IMG/VR virus record: IMGVR_UViG_2529293015_000004
Coordinates: 1 to 18,657 of that record
Strand: one strand, 5' to 3'
Source: a virus
Taxonomy: Duplodnaviria > Heunggongvirae > Uroviricota > Caudoviricetes
Length of the DNA: 18,657 bases
Position 1 is the first letter of the stretch; each line of letters opens with the position of its first letter. Positions 1 through 8,714 of the stretch are shown piece after piece. The notes beneath the pieces are model-generated. The model was not told the DNA's origin. It made no database searches and saw only the letters and a list, made by a program, of their open reading frames with translations. A program made the translations under genes and the position numbers.

Positions 1-91
1 GAAAAGGTTAAGTACAGCCGCATCAGTTACGCGCAGCCGTAAAACCAAGAAGGGGCAGCCAGTAAACGACAACCCCGAAAGCGCGCAATAA
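1..91 (+). CDS. 3' end of a plus-strand CDS whose start lies upstream of the window (last 29 codons ...RSRKTKKGQPVNDNPESAQ, stop TAA 89-91)
   Basis: Open frame from the window edge to TAA at 89-91; convergent with the minus-strand gene ending at 124, with a hairpin between them. Identity cannot be settled from 29 codons. Confidence 0.3.
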   Translation, partial: KRLSTAASVTRSRKTKKGQPVNDNPESAQ

Positions 92-96
92 ATTAT

Positions 97-114
97 GCCC
101 GGCATCAACCGGGC
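97..114. terminator. GC hairpin (gcccgg-catcaa-ccgggc) between convergent gene ends; candidate bidirectional terminator
   Basis: Perfect 6-bp stem with 6-nt loop; A/T-rich flanks on both sides. Confidence 0.35.
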
Positions 115-123
115 ATTCTTCCA

Positions 124-1236
124 TTATTCAGCCGCCACCGGTTTTAACAAGCCAGCATCGAGCAGTTTACGCGTCAACCACTGCTGGCCTTTACCCGTTA
201 ATTGAGGCGTCAACCGTATCTGGTAGCCATCTTCATCATCCAGCACCACTTCTTTCACCGTGAAATACCCCGCGGTGATGTACTGCTGGAACGGCACATT
301 TTTACGTCCGCCGGACGCAATCAGGATGCCGTTCTCCCGTAACCAGGCAAACAGCGCGTTTTGCTTAAGTCCAACAACCTTTGCAAAATTCCCAATCAGG
401 ATCCCTTTAGCTACTGATACCCGGTCGGCAAAATCGACTTTAGGAGCGGCGGCCACCAGCTGCTGATTTAGCTGGTGGGCTTTCTGTTCCAGAAGCTGCT
501 TTTGTTCAGCCAGTTCGGCAGCCAGGCGCAGAGCTTCTGGAAGCGTCTGGGGGATTGCAACCGGTTGCTGTTCTTTTTGCCGGAAGTAGCTGTCTTCCAG
601 TTTTTCAAAGAATGCCCATGCTTCATTTGTGTCCACGATCTTAGACATGCGTGCAGCGCCGCGCTCTGTCCAGAGTGTAAGGCTTCTGGCGTTCTTACCA
701 ACAGAGTAACTTCCGGTTACTCTGTTCTTAAATTCTCTTAATTTTAAACCAGTTAGAAGAAAGTAATGCTTACCTTCTTCAAAGCGGTCAAGGTTGCGAG
801 ACAAATTGTTACGAATATTGGCTTCATCGACCCCATACCCTCTAGCAAGAGTTTCGGTTGTCACGACACGTACTCCCTGCCATTCCAGAACGGGAATTTC
901 ATCCGGCTGATTCTGAACAACCACCAGTTCCGATTCCTGAACTGAAGGTGCATAAATTTTTTCTGATTTAACGTTAGTTGCTTTCATTCTGTGTGCCTCC
1001 TTGCGTGCTTCGGCTGCGACGGTTGCGTAATTCAGATGCCCCTGTTCGAGCAGGTATTCGCGGATATCAGACAGCAGGATACGGTGAACCGCGTTCTTGT
1101 CCTTTCTCCGGTAAAGTTGTTTGGTGATCATGAAGTAGTTGGCAATAACGCCAGGTATATCCCTGGTACTGATACAGGCAGTGTGCTGTTCAATTGCCTC
1201 GATCATCTCTTCACGGGTAACTAACGATGTTCTCAT
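124..1236 (-). CDS. ant: Phage antirepressor (370 aa), KilAC-type C-terminal domain; Ant1-like
   Basis: 370-aa ORF; C-terminal region (...NVPFQQYITAGYFTVKEV...KGQQWL) resembles the antirepressor KilAC domain; central DNA-binding-like region; start ATG overlaps the stop of the upstream 73-codon gene (ATGA); size matches P1 Ant1 as recalled. Confidence 0.6.
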   Translation of the reverse strand: MRTSLVTREEMIEAIEQHTACISTRDIPGVIANYFMITKQLYRRKDKNAVHRILLSDIREYLLEQGHLNYATVAAEARKEAHRMKATNVKSEKIYAPSVQESELVVVQNQPDEIPVLEWQGVRVVTTETLARGYGVDEANIRNNLSRNLDRFEEGKHYFLLTGLKLREFKNRVTGSYSVGKNARSLTLWTERGAARMSKIVDTNEAWAFFEKLEDSYFRQKEQQPVAIPQTLPEALRLAAELAEQKQLLEQKAHQLNQQLVAAAPKVDFADRVSVAKGILIGNFAKVVGLKQNALFAWLRENGILIASGGRKNVPFQQYITAGYFTVKEVVLDDEDGYQIRLTPQLTGKGQQWLTRKLLDAGLLKPVAAE

Positions 1237-1454
1237 AGTCCCTCCTGAGCAGAAGCGTTAACAGGGAGGCACCAGTAACTGAGAGAATTGCGTGAATCAG
1301 TGGAAAAACGGGCAGAGAAAATACATGGGGCGTCAGGAAGCTGAGAACGTGCCTCATCTTCTGTCGGTGCAATAACGAAGTGATAGTGACGTTTTTGGCA
1401 GGAGTAAAAGCGCCAGATAAATTCAGGATGAGCAGGGGTAGGGATAGTAGCCAC
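1233..1454 (-). CDS. icd: Small protein (73 codons, GTG start) translationally coupled to ant; Icd-like by size and position
   Basis: GTG start 8 nt downstream of AGGAGG; stop overlaps the ant start; 73 codons matches P1 Icd as recalled. An alternative 81-codon TTG-start frame (1211-1456) overlaps, so the frame choice is not certain. Confidence 0.4.
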   Translation of the reverse strand: MATIPTPAHPEFIWRFYSCQKRHYHFVIAPTEDEARSQLPDAPCIFSARFSTDSRNSLSYWCLPVNASAQEGL

Positions 1455-1479
1455 AATGGCAGCCTCCTTTTGCTAATTT

Positions 1480-1570
1480 AAGGAGCTACCGCGTGAGGTC
1501 TCAATCTCAATGGCGGTAGCACTGACTGGGTTGAGACTACCGGCGCAAAAGGGAACCGGCCTGCCTTTCG
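1480..1570 (-). ncRNA. Structured leader upstream of icd/ant with antisense elements; candidate c4-like antisense RNA
   Basis: Nested inverted repeats (gctaccgc 1485-1492 / gcggtagc 1513-1520; ggtctcaatc 1495-1504 / ttgagac 1531-1537); 1545-1566 (gcaaaagggaaccggcctgcc) is near-complementary, in the transcript, to the icd ribosome-binding region (1460-1475); a second direct copy of ggtctcaatc lies at 1687-1696. Boundaries are approximate. Confidence 0.3.
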
Positions 1571-1639
1571 GCAGCCCAGCCAGCACTACCATTGATCTCT
1601 GAGCTAAACGCTACGTATGGCTGTGCGATGGCATGACAC

Positions 1640-1663
1640 AAAAAAAAGACGCTTTTGGCGTCT
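1640..1663 (-). terminator. Rho-independent terminator downstream of pacB
   Basis: On the minus strand: stem agacgc/gcgtct with 5-nt loop, followed by a run of 8 U (complement of A8 at 1640-1647). Confidence 0.5.
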
Positions 1664-1794
1664 GTGTCGCCTTTTGCATTATCCGGGGTCTCAATCCCGG
1701 CACCCATTTTAATGAGGTGCCTGATAAGCATAAACCGAAAATGCCTCAAGGCGCAAGAGGTCAGGTTCAATGTAACATCGGCAGTTAAAAAACA

Positions 1795-1811
1795 CAATTT
1801 ATTAGAGCAAA
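1795..1811 (-). promoter_or_regulatory. C1-type operator-like site (15/17 to ATTGCTCTAATAAATTT) at the pacB stop, upstream of the antirepressor module
   Basis: Plus strand reads caatttattagagcaaa, which is the reverse complement of the consensus with two edge mismatches. Confidence 0.45.
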
Positions 1812-1814
1812 TAT

Positions 1815-3299
1815 TCATTCATTAAGCCATGCCAGAGCTTCATCAACCTGCGCTTCGTCTTCGACGCTAAGCACTTCATCCTGGGGAACATAATCCGCCA
1901 GCATAGCGAAACAATATGTATCCCAATGGTCTGGTGAGTGCAGGTTGAGTTTTTTCTTCATATCCTCCTTACTCATCACCTTCCATTGACCTGCGGAGTT
2001 AATCCCTACAGGGATTTTCGACGCTTCCTCAATAGTTTCATTACCCTTATCCAGTCTCATACGACCAGATTTTACGGCCTCTGCGGCTTGAACGTTGGCA
2101 TAAGCACGTTTATCAAAGTACAGGCTCTTATCTTCACGGCTATGCATCTTTTTACCCCAGCGTATACGCTGTACGGTAATACCATAATACTCGTACATCA
2201 GATCCGCCGTTGCTTTACCCAGGCCATCGCCGTCTATCGCTATGGTGATATTTGGGAATCGCTCAGGATTACATTCTGCGAAAATTTTGGCGGCAAGCTG
2301 CGTTTCTGTAACGTCTGTGTATTCCAGCATTCGATAGTTGATTACACGGCGTTTATTTCGCTGGCCGGACACCATCATGATATTGATAACGGACTTATCC
2401 CGTCCCGTACCACCAGCAACGTCCACACATGCAAGCCAGCCCCATCCTTTGGCAATCTTGACTTTCCGCCGCGTTGCGCGTTCAACCTCATCACGTCCAA
2501 GAAGGAAGCCATCCTGTGATTTAGGGAATAGGCCGCGTACCTTAATCATGTACATAGGGTTATCACGCCCGCCGTACTCCGCCAGCTTCATTTTGATAAA
2601 TGCTGGCGTTACCAGCGGTGATTCCTCACTGTTAAGCGTGATCGCCGTATAAACGCCATCAGGGTTACCAGGACGCTTGGCCAGTTTATGGTGTGTATCG
2701 TAGAAATAGCCGCTTGGGCGTGTAGGCTGTGACAGCAATAAGATGCGGTTATCCTGTCCAGTAAGAGCACCGGTGATGATACCGAAAGCTCTATCACTGA
2801 CACCGGAGGCTTCATCGATAATATACAGAAGATGATCTGCGTGTTCACCGGCGAGAGCTTCTTCACTTCCCAGACGAAAGCCCTTCGGTACTACAGTCCA
2901 TACACCTTTACCAGTAACCTCATAGAAAGCGGTTTCTGTCAGAACAAAATAATCAGCAAGCCATGGGAAACGGCTGGTGGCAGTAGCCCAGTTTATCTTG
3001 ATGTACTTGAATATACCGGTCATTACCTGCTGAATTTTGTTCGCAACGATAATAGCGCGGGCACCGGGATACATGATTATGAACAACATGATCATGATAG
3101 AAGTCATGTCTGATTTCCCGGTACCGTGACCAGACGAAACAGATGTCTTGCTACCCTGTTCCTGCACAGACTCAATAATCAGATCCTGCTGCCAGGTAGG
3201 TGTTTTGCCGAACAAAACATCAGCGGCCGCAATCCAGTCATAACGATATAGCGCCACCAGCTCGCGCCAACGTGGATCCGTTACGCAACTTCTGGCCAT
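1815..3299 (-). CDS. pacB: Terminase large subunit (PacB-like, 494 aa)
   Basis: 494-aa ORF immediately downstream of and overlapping pacA (ATGA at 3299); position and size match P1 PacB as recalled; no terminase motifs were individually verified. Confidence 0.8.
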   Translation of the reverse strand: MARSCVTDPRWRELVALYRYDWIAAADVLFGKTPTWQQDLIIESVQEQGSKTSVSSGHGTGKSDMTSIMIMLFIIMYPGARAIIVANKIQQVMTGIFKYIKINWATATSRFPWLADYFVLTETAFYEVTGKGVWTVVPKGFRLGSEEALAGEHADHLLYIIDEASGVSDRAFGIITGALTGQDNRILLLSQPTRPSGYFYDTHHKLAKRPGNPDGVYTAITLNSEESPLVTPAFIKMKLAEYGGRDNPMYMIKVRGLFPKSQDGFLLGRDEVERATRRKVKIAKGWGWLACVDVAGGTGRDKSVINIMMVSGQRNKRRVINYRMLEYTDVTETQLAAKIFAECNPERFPNITIAIDGDGLGKATADLMYEYYGITVQRIRWGKKMHSREDKSLYFDKRAYANVQAAEAVKSGRMRLDKGNETIEEASKIPVGINSAGQWKVMSKEDMKKKLNLHSPDHWDTYCFAMLADYVPQDEVLSVEDEAQVDEALAWLNE

Positions 3300-4492
3300 T
3301 AATCATCATCCCCGTATAGCTTGCGGGTAACTTCTTCGTCTTCCTCCTCGTCTTCGTCCAAGTCTTGTTCCAGCCATGGGTCGTTTGATACACCTTCAGT
3401 ATCAACATCTCCATAACCGCCTGTATCAACGATATCGGCGATTTCTTCCCTACGCTGCTCAATCCACAATGCGGCATCGGCGCGGCGGTTGGCGGCCCGT
3501 TCTCGCGCAACTTTGTCCAGATCTTCAAGAGAAGGGCCACCGACGGCTGTTTGCCTTTCCTCATCATCGGTATTTGTCTTAGGAGCACGCAGATCGGCTT
3601 TGATTTGCTCCAGCATCAGGGGCGGCACTTTTCCACCATGCGCCTCGATGAATTCAGCTGCTTCCAGCACTGACCAGTTATTTTCACGCTTTCGTTCGTA
3701 TGCCAGCTTAACAATGCCAGCTTGCCCCATAGACAAAGCGTGCTTTTCCGCCTCCCGGCTTTCTTTTCGATAGTTATTCCGGATGCTGTAAATGGTGTTG
3801 ATCAGGCTGCTTATCTGCGCGGAACAGCTGTTTAGCATGCTCGCGATACGGTATTCAGGCGGAGTACCTTCTTCATCGTCTTTTTGCTGATCGCGCATTT
3901 CCTGCACCAGGCGAATACACGTATCCCTGGCGTTCTCCAGCATAAGGAGATGAGAAAGAGACTTTTCAAGAAGAGTGGTTTCCAGAACATCGGCCCCGGA
4001 CCGACGCAACATAGCGCGCGCGGCCTTCCGCGCTTCAACGTTATCTATCAGGTAATCGCCAGCTTCGAATTCAAAGCGTTCACCATCATCATCCAGGGTG
4101 TCGCGTTCCAGGCGATCACGTAAGGTCCGGTGGGCGCGGGTGATCACGTCATGATCATCTGAACGATCATTTATGCGCTTATTTTGGCGCTTCGCATTCT
4201 CGACTGCGGCACTGACAACGGCATTAACTCTCTGTTTTTCCGCTATTTCAGCCGCAATATGATCACCTGCATGTTGATCATTAGAGTGATCAATGATCAT
4301 GCTTTTTAGTGGCTTCCTGACTGGCTTATTTGGCTTGCGGCTGTCCGCAGTCCTAGTGTCTTCTTTGAAGGCACGGAGATAACGACGTGCGGTATTAGGG
4401 TTAAGATTAAACTCGGCGGCATACTGTGCGATGGTGTAACCACCATCTCGCGCCAGGCGAGCAAAATTCTTCTTGTGATCGTCCCAGGTCAC
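3299..4492 (-). CDS. pacA: Terminase small / pac-recognition subunit (PacA-like, 397 aa)
   Basis: 397-aa ORF with an N-terminal HTH-like segment ([21 protein letters not shown]) and acidic C-terminus; contains the pac-like hexamer clusters internally; size matches P1 PacA as recalled. Confidence 0.75.
   Translation of the reverse strand: MTWDDHKKNFARLARDGGYTIAQYAAEFNLNPNTARRYLRAFKEDTRTADSRKPNKPVRKPLKSMIIDHSNDQHAGDHIAAEIAEKQRVNAVVSAAVENAKRQNKRINDRSDDHDVITRAHRTLRDRLERDTLDDDGERFEFEAGDYLIDNVEARKAARAMLRRSGADVLETTLLEKSLSHLLMLENARDTCIRLVQEMRDQQKDDEEGTPPEYRIASMLNSCSAQISSLINTIYSIRNNYRKESREAEKHALSMGQAGIVKLAYERKRENNWSVLEAAEFIEAHGGKVPPLMLEQIKADLRAPKTNTDDEERQTAVGGPSLEDLDKVARERAANRRADAALWIEQRREEIADIVDTGGYGDVDTEGVSNDPWLEQDLDEDEEEDEEVTRKLYGDDD
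4141..4299. other. pac-like packaging site: seven TGATCA/GATC hexamers in clusters of 3 (4141-4170) and 4 (4260-4299)
   Basis: Hexamers at 4141, 4152 and 4164 on one side and 4260, 4275, 4287 and 4294 on the other, about 90 bp apart, inside pacA; the span (~159 bp) and 3+4 arrangement match the described P1 pac site. Confidence 0.6.
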
Positions 4493-4577
4493 TTATGCTT
4501 CCTTTCGTAAAAACTCTTTTTGACGCGAGGGTAACGAAAGTCACATGTCAAAAGGCCCGGAACGGGCAAGCAATCAA

Positions 4578-5030
4578 TCAGATACGTGCGGATGTGGCAT
4601 TACCGTAATGACGGTGCTGACGGGCCACCTTATTGAAAAGTTGACGCGCCATTACCCAAGGCTGGTGCTCCCGGCGTTCCTTTTCGTCCTGCGTCATATA
4701 GAGTTCGTTCTGGAGTTTTTCATCAAACCGGCGCGGCGCGCGGCTGCGGCGAAAGAATTCAGGATTCAAAGAGTGGATCTGAAATCTACGTGGGCGTGTA
4801 CTGTCATCAATCAAAACAGACGAATACTTAGACACAGCGATAGCCTTTAAGCGCAGATAAACGTCGCGCTTATCGACATCCAGATGCGGGTATTCCTTTT
4901 CAAGGATTGCTGCGAGTTCTTTCGCTGATAGAAGAGACTTAGTGCGGATCATGTAATCCGCAATCTCATACGATGTTATTCGTGAGTGATTTATTTCCAT
5001 GAAGTGGCGTCCCTGCCAGTTAAGTAACAT
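4578..5030 (-). CDS. 150-aa phage protein in the position of the P1 late-promoter activator (Lpa / gene 10)
   Basis: ORF directly upstream of pacA on the same strand, with an operator-like site upstream; assignment is by synteny and size only. Confidence 0.4.
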   Translation of the reverse strand: MLLNWQGRHFMEINHSRITSYEIADYMIRTKSLLSAKELAAILEKEYPHLDVDKRDVYLRLKAIAVSKYSSVLIDDSTRPRRFQIHSLNPEFFRRSRAPRRFDEKLQNELYMTQDEKERREHQPWVMARQLFNKVARQHRHYGNATSARI

Positions 5031-5100
5031 CCTGTCACCTACTGATTAGCCCATGTCAACTAATCAACGTGGAATATAATACCCTCTATTAAATAAATAG

Positions 5101-5117
5101 CAACACATTAGAGCAAT
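5101..5117 (-). promoter_or_regulatory. C1-type operator-like site (13/17; core ATTGCTCTAAT exact) upstream of the Lpa-like gene
   Basis: Plus strand caacacattagagcaat; lies about 70-90 bp upstream of the 4578-5030 gene start. Confidence 0.4.
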
Positions 5118-5118
5118 T

Positions 5119-6162
5119 TTATCTAACGCTCGACGAATGACTTGTGATAACGCCGACTCCAAGCGCGTAATCAAAGAACAATCGTTGATGCATCGCCAGC
5201 CTACCGTGCGTCTTCTCCCAATTATCGCGGTCACGCTCAATATCACGCTGGCATGACTGGCACAGAGGAATTGCGTAAATGTCATGCGCGCATAATCGAC
5301 TATGACGAACGATATAAGGCGTAATGTGAGCGCCAGCTCCCGCCGCTCCACACCCACAACATGGACGTGAAGCAACAAAGTCCATGTACTCAGGTAATTT
5401 TAGCGATTGCAGTTTTGGTATTTTGAAATGCGCCATGCCAGGGTCGGAGTCAACATCCACAGGGCATACTTTTGCACGCATCGGCGCGGCGCGTTCTTCC
5501 ATCATCTGAACATATGCTGTAGCGCGATCGTCATACGGGCGAATATCCGCCTCTTTCAGAGGCCCGCTATCCTGCGTTGCAGTCTTAATCTTATTTATTG
5601 ATATACGGCAGACTTCTTCCGGCATCAGGTGCATCATGTCGCGCATGAAAGCCCACCAGCACAGTTCCTGAATACTTAAATCATGGCCATCTGAAAACCC
5701 CATTTCCTGACGGGCGACATCCAGTATCCAGTTAACGCGATTATTATGCAGCGTTTCTTTCAGCTCATTAAAACCACGCATCCGGTAATGGTTATCGTGA
5801 TGCCAGCACAACAACACCGCGCTATTGTCTCGTTCAGCGTGGACAATATGGTTGTCACACCAACTACGATCTGCGGTCTGGCATTGCCCCTCTTTCCTGC
5901 GCAACCACGCCACCAGCGAGTCAATTCCACCAATACGGCGAAACAGTTCATCGCTGTTAAAAAACGGCTGCAACGCCTCATTTGTTGCCATGGTTTGCTC
6001 GGAAACAACGAGGCCGTCGTCCATGTGCTCGATCAACTCACGCGGCACCGGCTCCATAATAAATTTACGGCCAGCCTCCACCAGCTTTCTGACTTCCTGA
6101 TCCACTTTGAATGTGGCGACGCCAAGCTCTTTTTGTACAAAGGGAGTAATTACGGCTTTCAC
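5119..6162 (-). CDS. 347-aa phage protein with HNH-like motif and Cys-rich C-terminus (PdcB-like position)
   Basis: Motif ...[25 protein letters not shown]... resembles an HNH nuclease core; C-terminus has ...RPCCGCG...H...C..C..C. Confidence 0.5.
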   Translation of the reverse strand: MKAVITPFVQKELGVATFKVDQEVRKLVEAGRKFIMEPVPRELIEHMDDGLVVSEQTMATNEALQPFFNSDELFRRIGGIDSLVAWLRRKEGQCQTADRSWCDNHIVHAERDNSAVLLCWHHDNHYRMRGFNELKETLHNNRVNWILDVARQEMGFSDGHDLSIQELCWWAFMRDMMHLMPEEVCRISINKIKTATQDSGPLKEADIRPYDDRATAYVQMMEERAAPMRAKVCPVDVDSDPGMAHFKIPKLQSLKLPEYMDFVASRPCCGCGAAGAGAHITPYIVRHSRLCAHDIYAIPLCQSCQRDIERDRDNWEKTHGRLAMHQRLFFDYALGVGVITSHSSSVR

Positions 6163-6189
6163 ATCACACCTTTCATCACTGATTGGGCT

Positions 6190-6369
6190 TTATCTGCTGC
6201 CCGGCATTCTCTGTTTAAGCACAACCATTTCCTGACGGCATAACACAGCAATAGCGGTCCTGGCACCAATTTGCTTACCAACCAGGTATTGCTTTACCTC
6301 GCGGCGACTCACGCCATCAAGAAGCATCTTTAACGCTTCACGGGACAACTTGTTGTATTTACGTGCCAT
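6190..6369 (-). CDS. Small protein (~59 aa from the ATG at 6369; PdcA-like position)
   Basis: ORF between doc and the 347-aa gene; the ATG at 6369-6367 avoids overlap with doc; basic, possibly HTH-like. Confidence 0.35.
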   Translation of the reverse strand: MARKYNKLSREALKMLLDGVSRREVKQYLVGKQIGARTAIAVLCRQEMVVLKQRMPGSR

Positions 6370-6373
6370 TAAT

Positions 6374-6754
6374 CTACTCCGCAGAACCATACAATCTACG
6401 TAACGTGTCGGCGACAGAAGATACAGATATCTCTCCGGTCGCAGCCTCTACGGTAAGGTCTGCCAGTTCAGGTGAATCAAATACCTGCACCCCATTACGG
6501 CGTAGAAATAGCAGCGCACTGTTTAGCGCGGTACGCTTATTGGCATCATTGAATATATGCCCTCTCGCTGTAGCCACCAGGTAGGTGGCAGAGACTTCGA
6601 AAAGGTCGGTGATCTCTTCGTAGGCAACTCTGGCCTGAACTCTCCCGATAATGGCCTCTGCCCTACCCGGATCTGACATTCCCGGCAGGCCGCCGTAGCG
6701 GCTTATATTCGCATCATGAAGCGCAATAAGTTCTTCCGGTGATATATGCCTCAT
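6374..6754 (-). CDS. doc: Doc toxin (Fic/Doc family kinase), 126 aa
   Basis: 126 aa with the Doc/Fic motif HIFNDANKR; immediately downstream of and overlapping the 73-aa Phd-like gene; sequence is recognised as essentially P1 Doc (from memory). Confidence 0.9.
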
Positions 6755-6975
6755 TATCGGTTAACCAGTTCCTTGTTGGTGGAGTCCAGGGTGTCAAACA
6801 GGGATGCAAATTCAGCATCCAGCGCCGCTTTTTTGTAGGCTTCGAAAGTAGCCTTGCTGACAATTACTGCTGGCTCACGGCCTCTGCGGGTGATTTCAAC
6901 CTCTTCCCCGGCCTCAACATTGTTGAGCACTTCAGAAAGATTGCCGCGCGCGGTACGGAAGTTAATGGATTGCAT
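6754..6975 (-). CDS. phd: Phd antitoxin, 73 aa
   Basis: 73-aa [44 protein letters not shown]..., recognised as Phd; GAGG Shine-Dalgarno 6 nt upstream; stop overlaps doc start. Confidence 0.85.
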
Positions 6976-6984
6976 AAATACCTC

Positions 6985-7012
6985 GTGTACTCGTTATGTG
7001 TACACAATTATA
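6985..7012 (-). promoter_or_regulatory. phd-doc promoter/operator: -10 TATAAT (rev-comp of 7007-7012) followed by palindrome TGTGTACACA (6997-7006) and a GTGTAC half-site (6985-6990)
   Basis: Perfect 10-bp palindrome between the -10 hexamer and the Shine-Dalgarno, a typical autorepression operator position. Confidence 0.45.
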
Positions 7013-7151
7013 AACTTCACAGGCATAAAGCACCAGCACTTTGCGGCTTAACAAAACTCCAGGCAGGTCATTCATAGCCTAATGTCTGAACTGTTAAAGC
7101 CACCAAGTTGTTGTAGAATCACATCCAATTACATAAGCCTGAAATAAGTGG

Positions 7152-8714
7152 ATGAAAATGACAAGTATTCAACAACGTGCAGAGCTTCATCGTCAAATCT
7201 GGCAAATTGCTAACGATGTCAGGGGTTCGGTCGATGGATGGGATTTTAAGCAATACGTTCTGGGCGCACTTTTCTACCGTTTTATCAGCGAAAATTTTTC
7301 CAGCTATATTGAAGCCGGTGATGACAGTATCTGTTATGCGAAACTGGATGACAGCGTAATTACTGATGACATTAAAGACGATGCCATCAAAACCAAAGGC
7401 TACTTCATCTATCCAAGCCAGCTTTTCTGCAACGTAGCTGCGAAAGCAAATACCAATGACAGACTGAATGCAGATTTAAACAGTATCTTCGTTGCTATCG
7501 AAAGTTCTGCTTACGGTTATCCTTCAGAAGCTGACATCAAAGGTTTGTTTGCTGATTTCGATACCACCAGTAACCGCCTGGGTAACACCGTTAAAGATAA
7601 AAATGCCCGCCTGGCTGCGGTTCTGAAAGGGGTTGAAGGGTTAAAACTTGGTGACTTCAACGAACATCAGATTGACCTGTTCGGTGATGCCTATGAGTTC
7701 CTGATTTCTAACTATGCGGCAAATGCCGGTAAGTCAGGCGGTGAGTTCTTTACACCGCAGCACGTCTCTAAGCTGATTGCACAACTGGCTATGCACGGGC
7801 AGACCAGCGTTAACAAAATCTACGACCCGGCAGCGGGTTCCGGCTCACTGTTGTTGCAGGCGAAAAAACAGTTTGATAACCACATCATCGAAGAAGGCTT
7901 TTTCGGTCAGGAAATCAACCATACGACCTATAACCTGGCGCGTATGAACATGTTTTTGCACAATATCAACTACGACAAGTTTGATATCAAGCTGGGTAAT
8001 ACACTGACTGAGCCGCACTTCAGAGATGAAAAACCGTTTGACGCCATCGTATCTAACCCACCGTATTCGGTGAAATGGATTGGCAGCGATGACCCGACGC
8101 TGATTAACGATGAACGTTTTGCCCCGGCTGGCGTTCTGGCCCCCAAATCCAAAGCTGACTTTGCGTTTGTACTACATGCGCTGAACTATCTTTCGGCCAA
8201 AGGTCGTGCTGCGATTGTCTGCTTCCCGGGTATTTTTTACCGTGGCGGCGCAGAGCAGAAAATCCGTCAGTATCTGGTCGATAATAACTATGTCGAAACC
8301 ATAATTTCACTGGCACCGAACCTGTTCTTTGGCACCACCATTGCAGTAAACATTCTGGTGCTGTCTAAGCATAAAACGGATACCAAAGTTCAGTTTATTG
8401 ACGCCAGCGAACTGTTCAAAAAAGAGACTAACAACAATATCCTGACCGACGCCCATATCGAACAGATTATGCAGGTATTTGCCAGCAAGGAAGATGTTGC
8501 TCATCTGGCGAAATCTGTCGCGTTTGAAGCCGTTGTAGCGAATGACTATAACCTGTCGGTGAGCAGTTATGTGGAAGTGAAAGATAACCGCGAAATTATC
8601 GATATTGCTGAGCTGAATGCGGAACTGAAAACCACGGTCAGCAAAATCGACCAGTTGCGTAAAGATATTGATGCGATTGTAGCTGAAATTGAAGGCTGCG
8701 AGGTGCAGAAATGA
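7152..8714 (+). CDS. hsdM: Type I R-M DNA methyltransferase subunit HsdM (520 aa)
   Basis: AdoMet motif [10 protein letters not shown] and catalytic NPPY (VSNPPYS); stop overlaps the hsdS start (ATGA at 8711-8714). Confidence 0.9.
   Translation: MKMTSIQQRAELHRQIWQIANDVRGSVDGWDFKQYVLGALFYRFISENFSSYIEAGDDSICYAKLDDSVITDDIKDDAIKTKGYFIYPSQLFCNVAAKANTNDRLNADLNSIFVAIESSAYGYPSEADIKGLFADFDTTSNRLGNTVKDKNARLAAVLKGVEGLKLGDFNEHQIDLFGDAYEFLISNYAANAGKSGGEFFTPQHVSKLIAQLAMHGQTSVNKIYDPAAGSGSLLLQAKKQFDNHIIEEGFFGQEINHTTYNLARMNMFLHNINYDKFDIKLGNTLTEPHFRDEKPFDAIVSNPPYSVKWIGSDDPTLINDERFAPAGVLAPKSKADFAFVLHALNYLSAKGRAAIVCFPGIFYRGGAEQKIRQYLVDNNYVETIISLAPNLFFGTTIAVNILVLSKHKTDTKVQFIDASELFKKETNNNILTDAHIEQIMQVFASKEDVAHLAKSVAFEAVVANDYNLSVSSYVEVKDNREIIDIAELNAELKTTVSKIDQLRKDIDAIVAEIEGCEVQK

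Noticed and set aside
1-91. Calling the partial plus-strand ORF at the left edge as the C1 repressor gene
   Set aside because: Only 29 codons are visible and the match to a remembered C1 C-terminus cannot be verified; left unnamed.
1211-1456. Alternative 81-codon TTG-start frame overlapping the icd-like gene
   Set aside because: The 73-codon frame ends in an ATGA overlap with ant and has better Shine-Dalgarno spacing; the 81-codon frame ends inside ant. The choice is not certain without data.
1480-1570. Possible tRNA gene in the structured region upstream of icd
   Set aside because: No T-loop (GTTCRA) or cloverleaf could be recognised by eye; the region is better explained as an antisense regulatory RNA or leader.
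1938-2652. Plus-strand ORFs of 193 and 104 aa inside the pacB region
   Set aside because: Antisense to a long terminase gene that is coupled to pacA; shadow ORFs of the true minus-strand frame.
5746-6243. 165-aa plus-strand ORF inside the 347-aa HNH-like gene
   Set aside because: Antisense to the longer motif-bearing minus-strand ORF.
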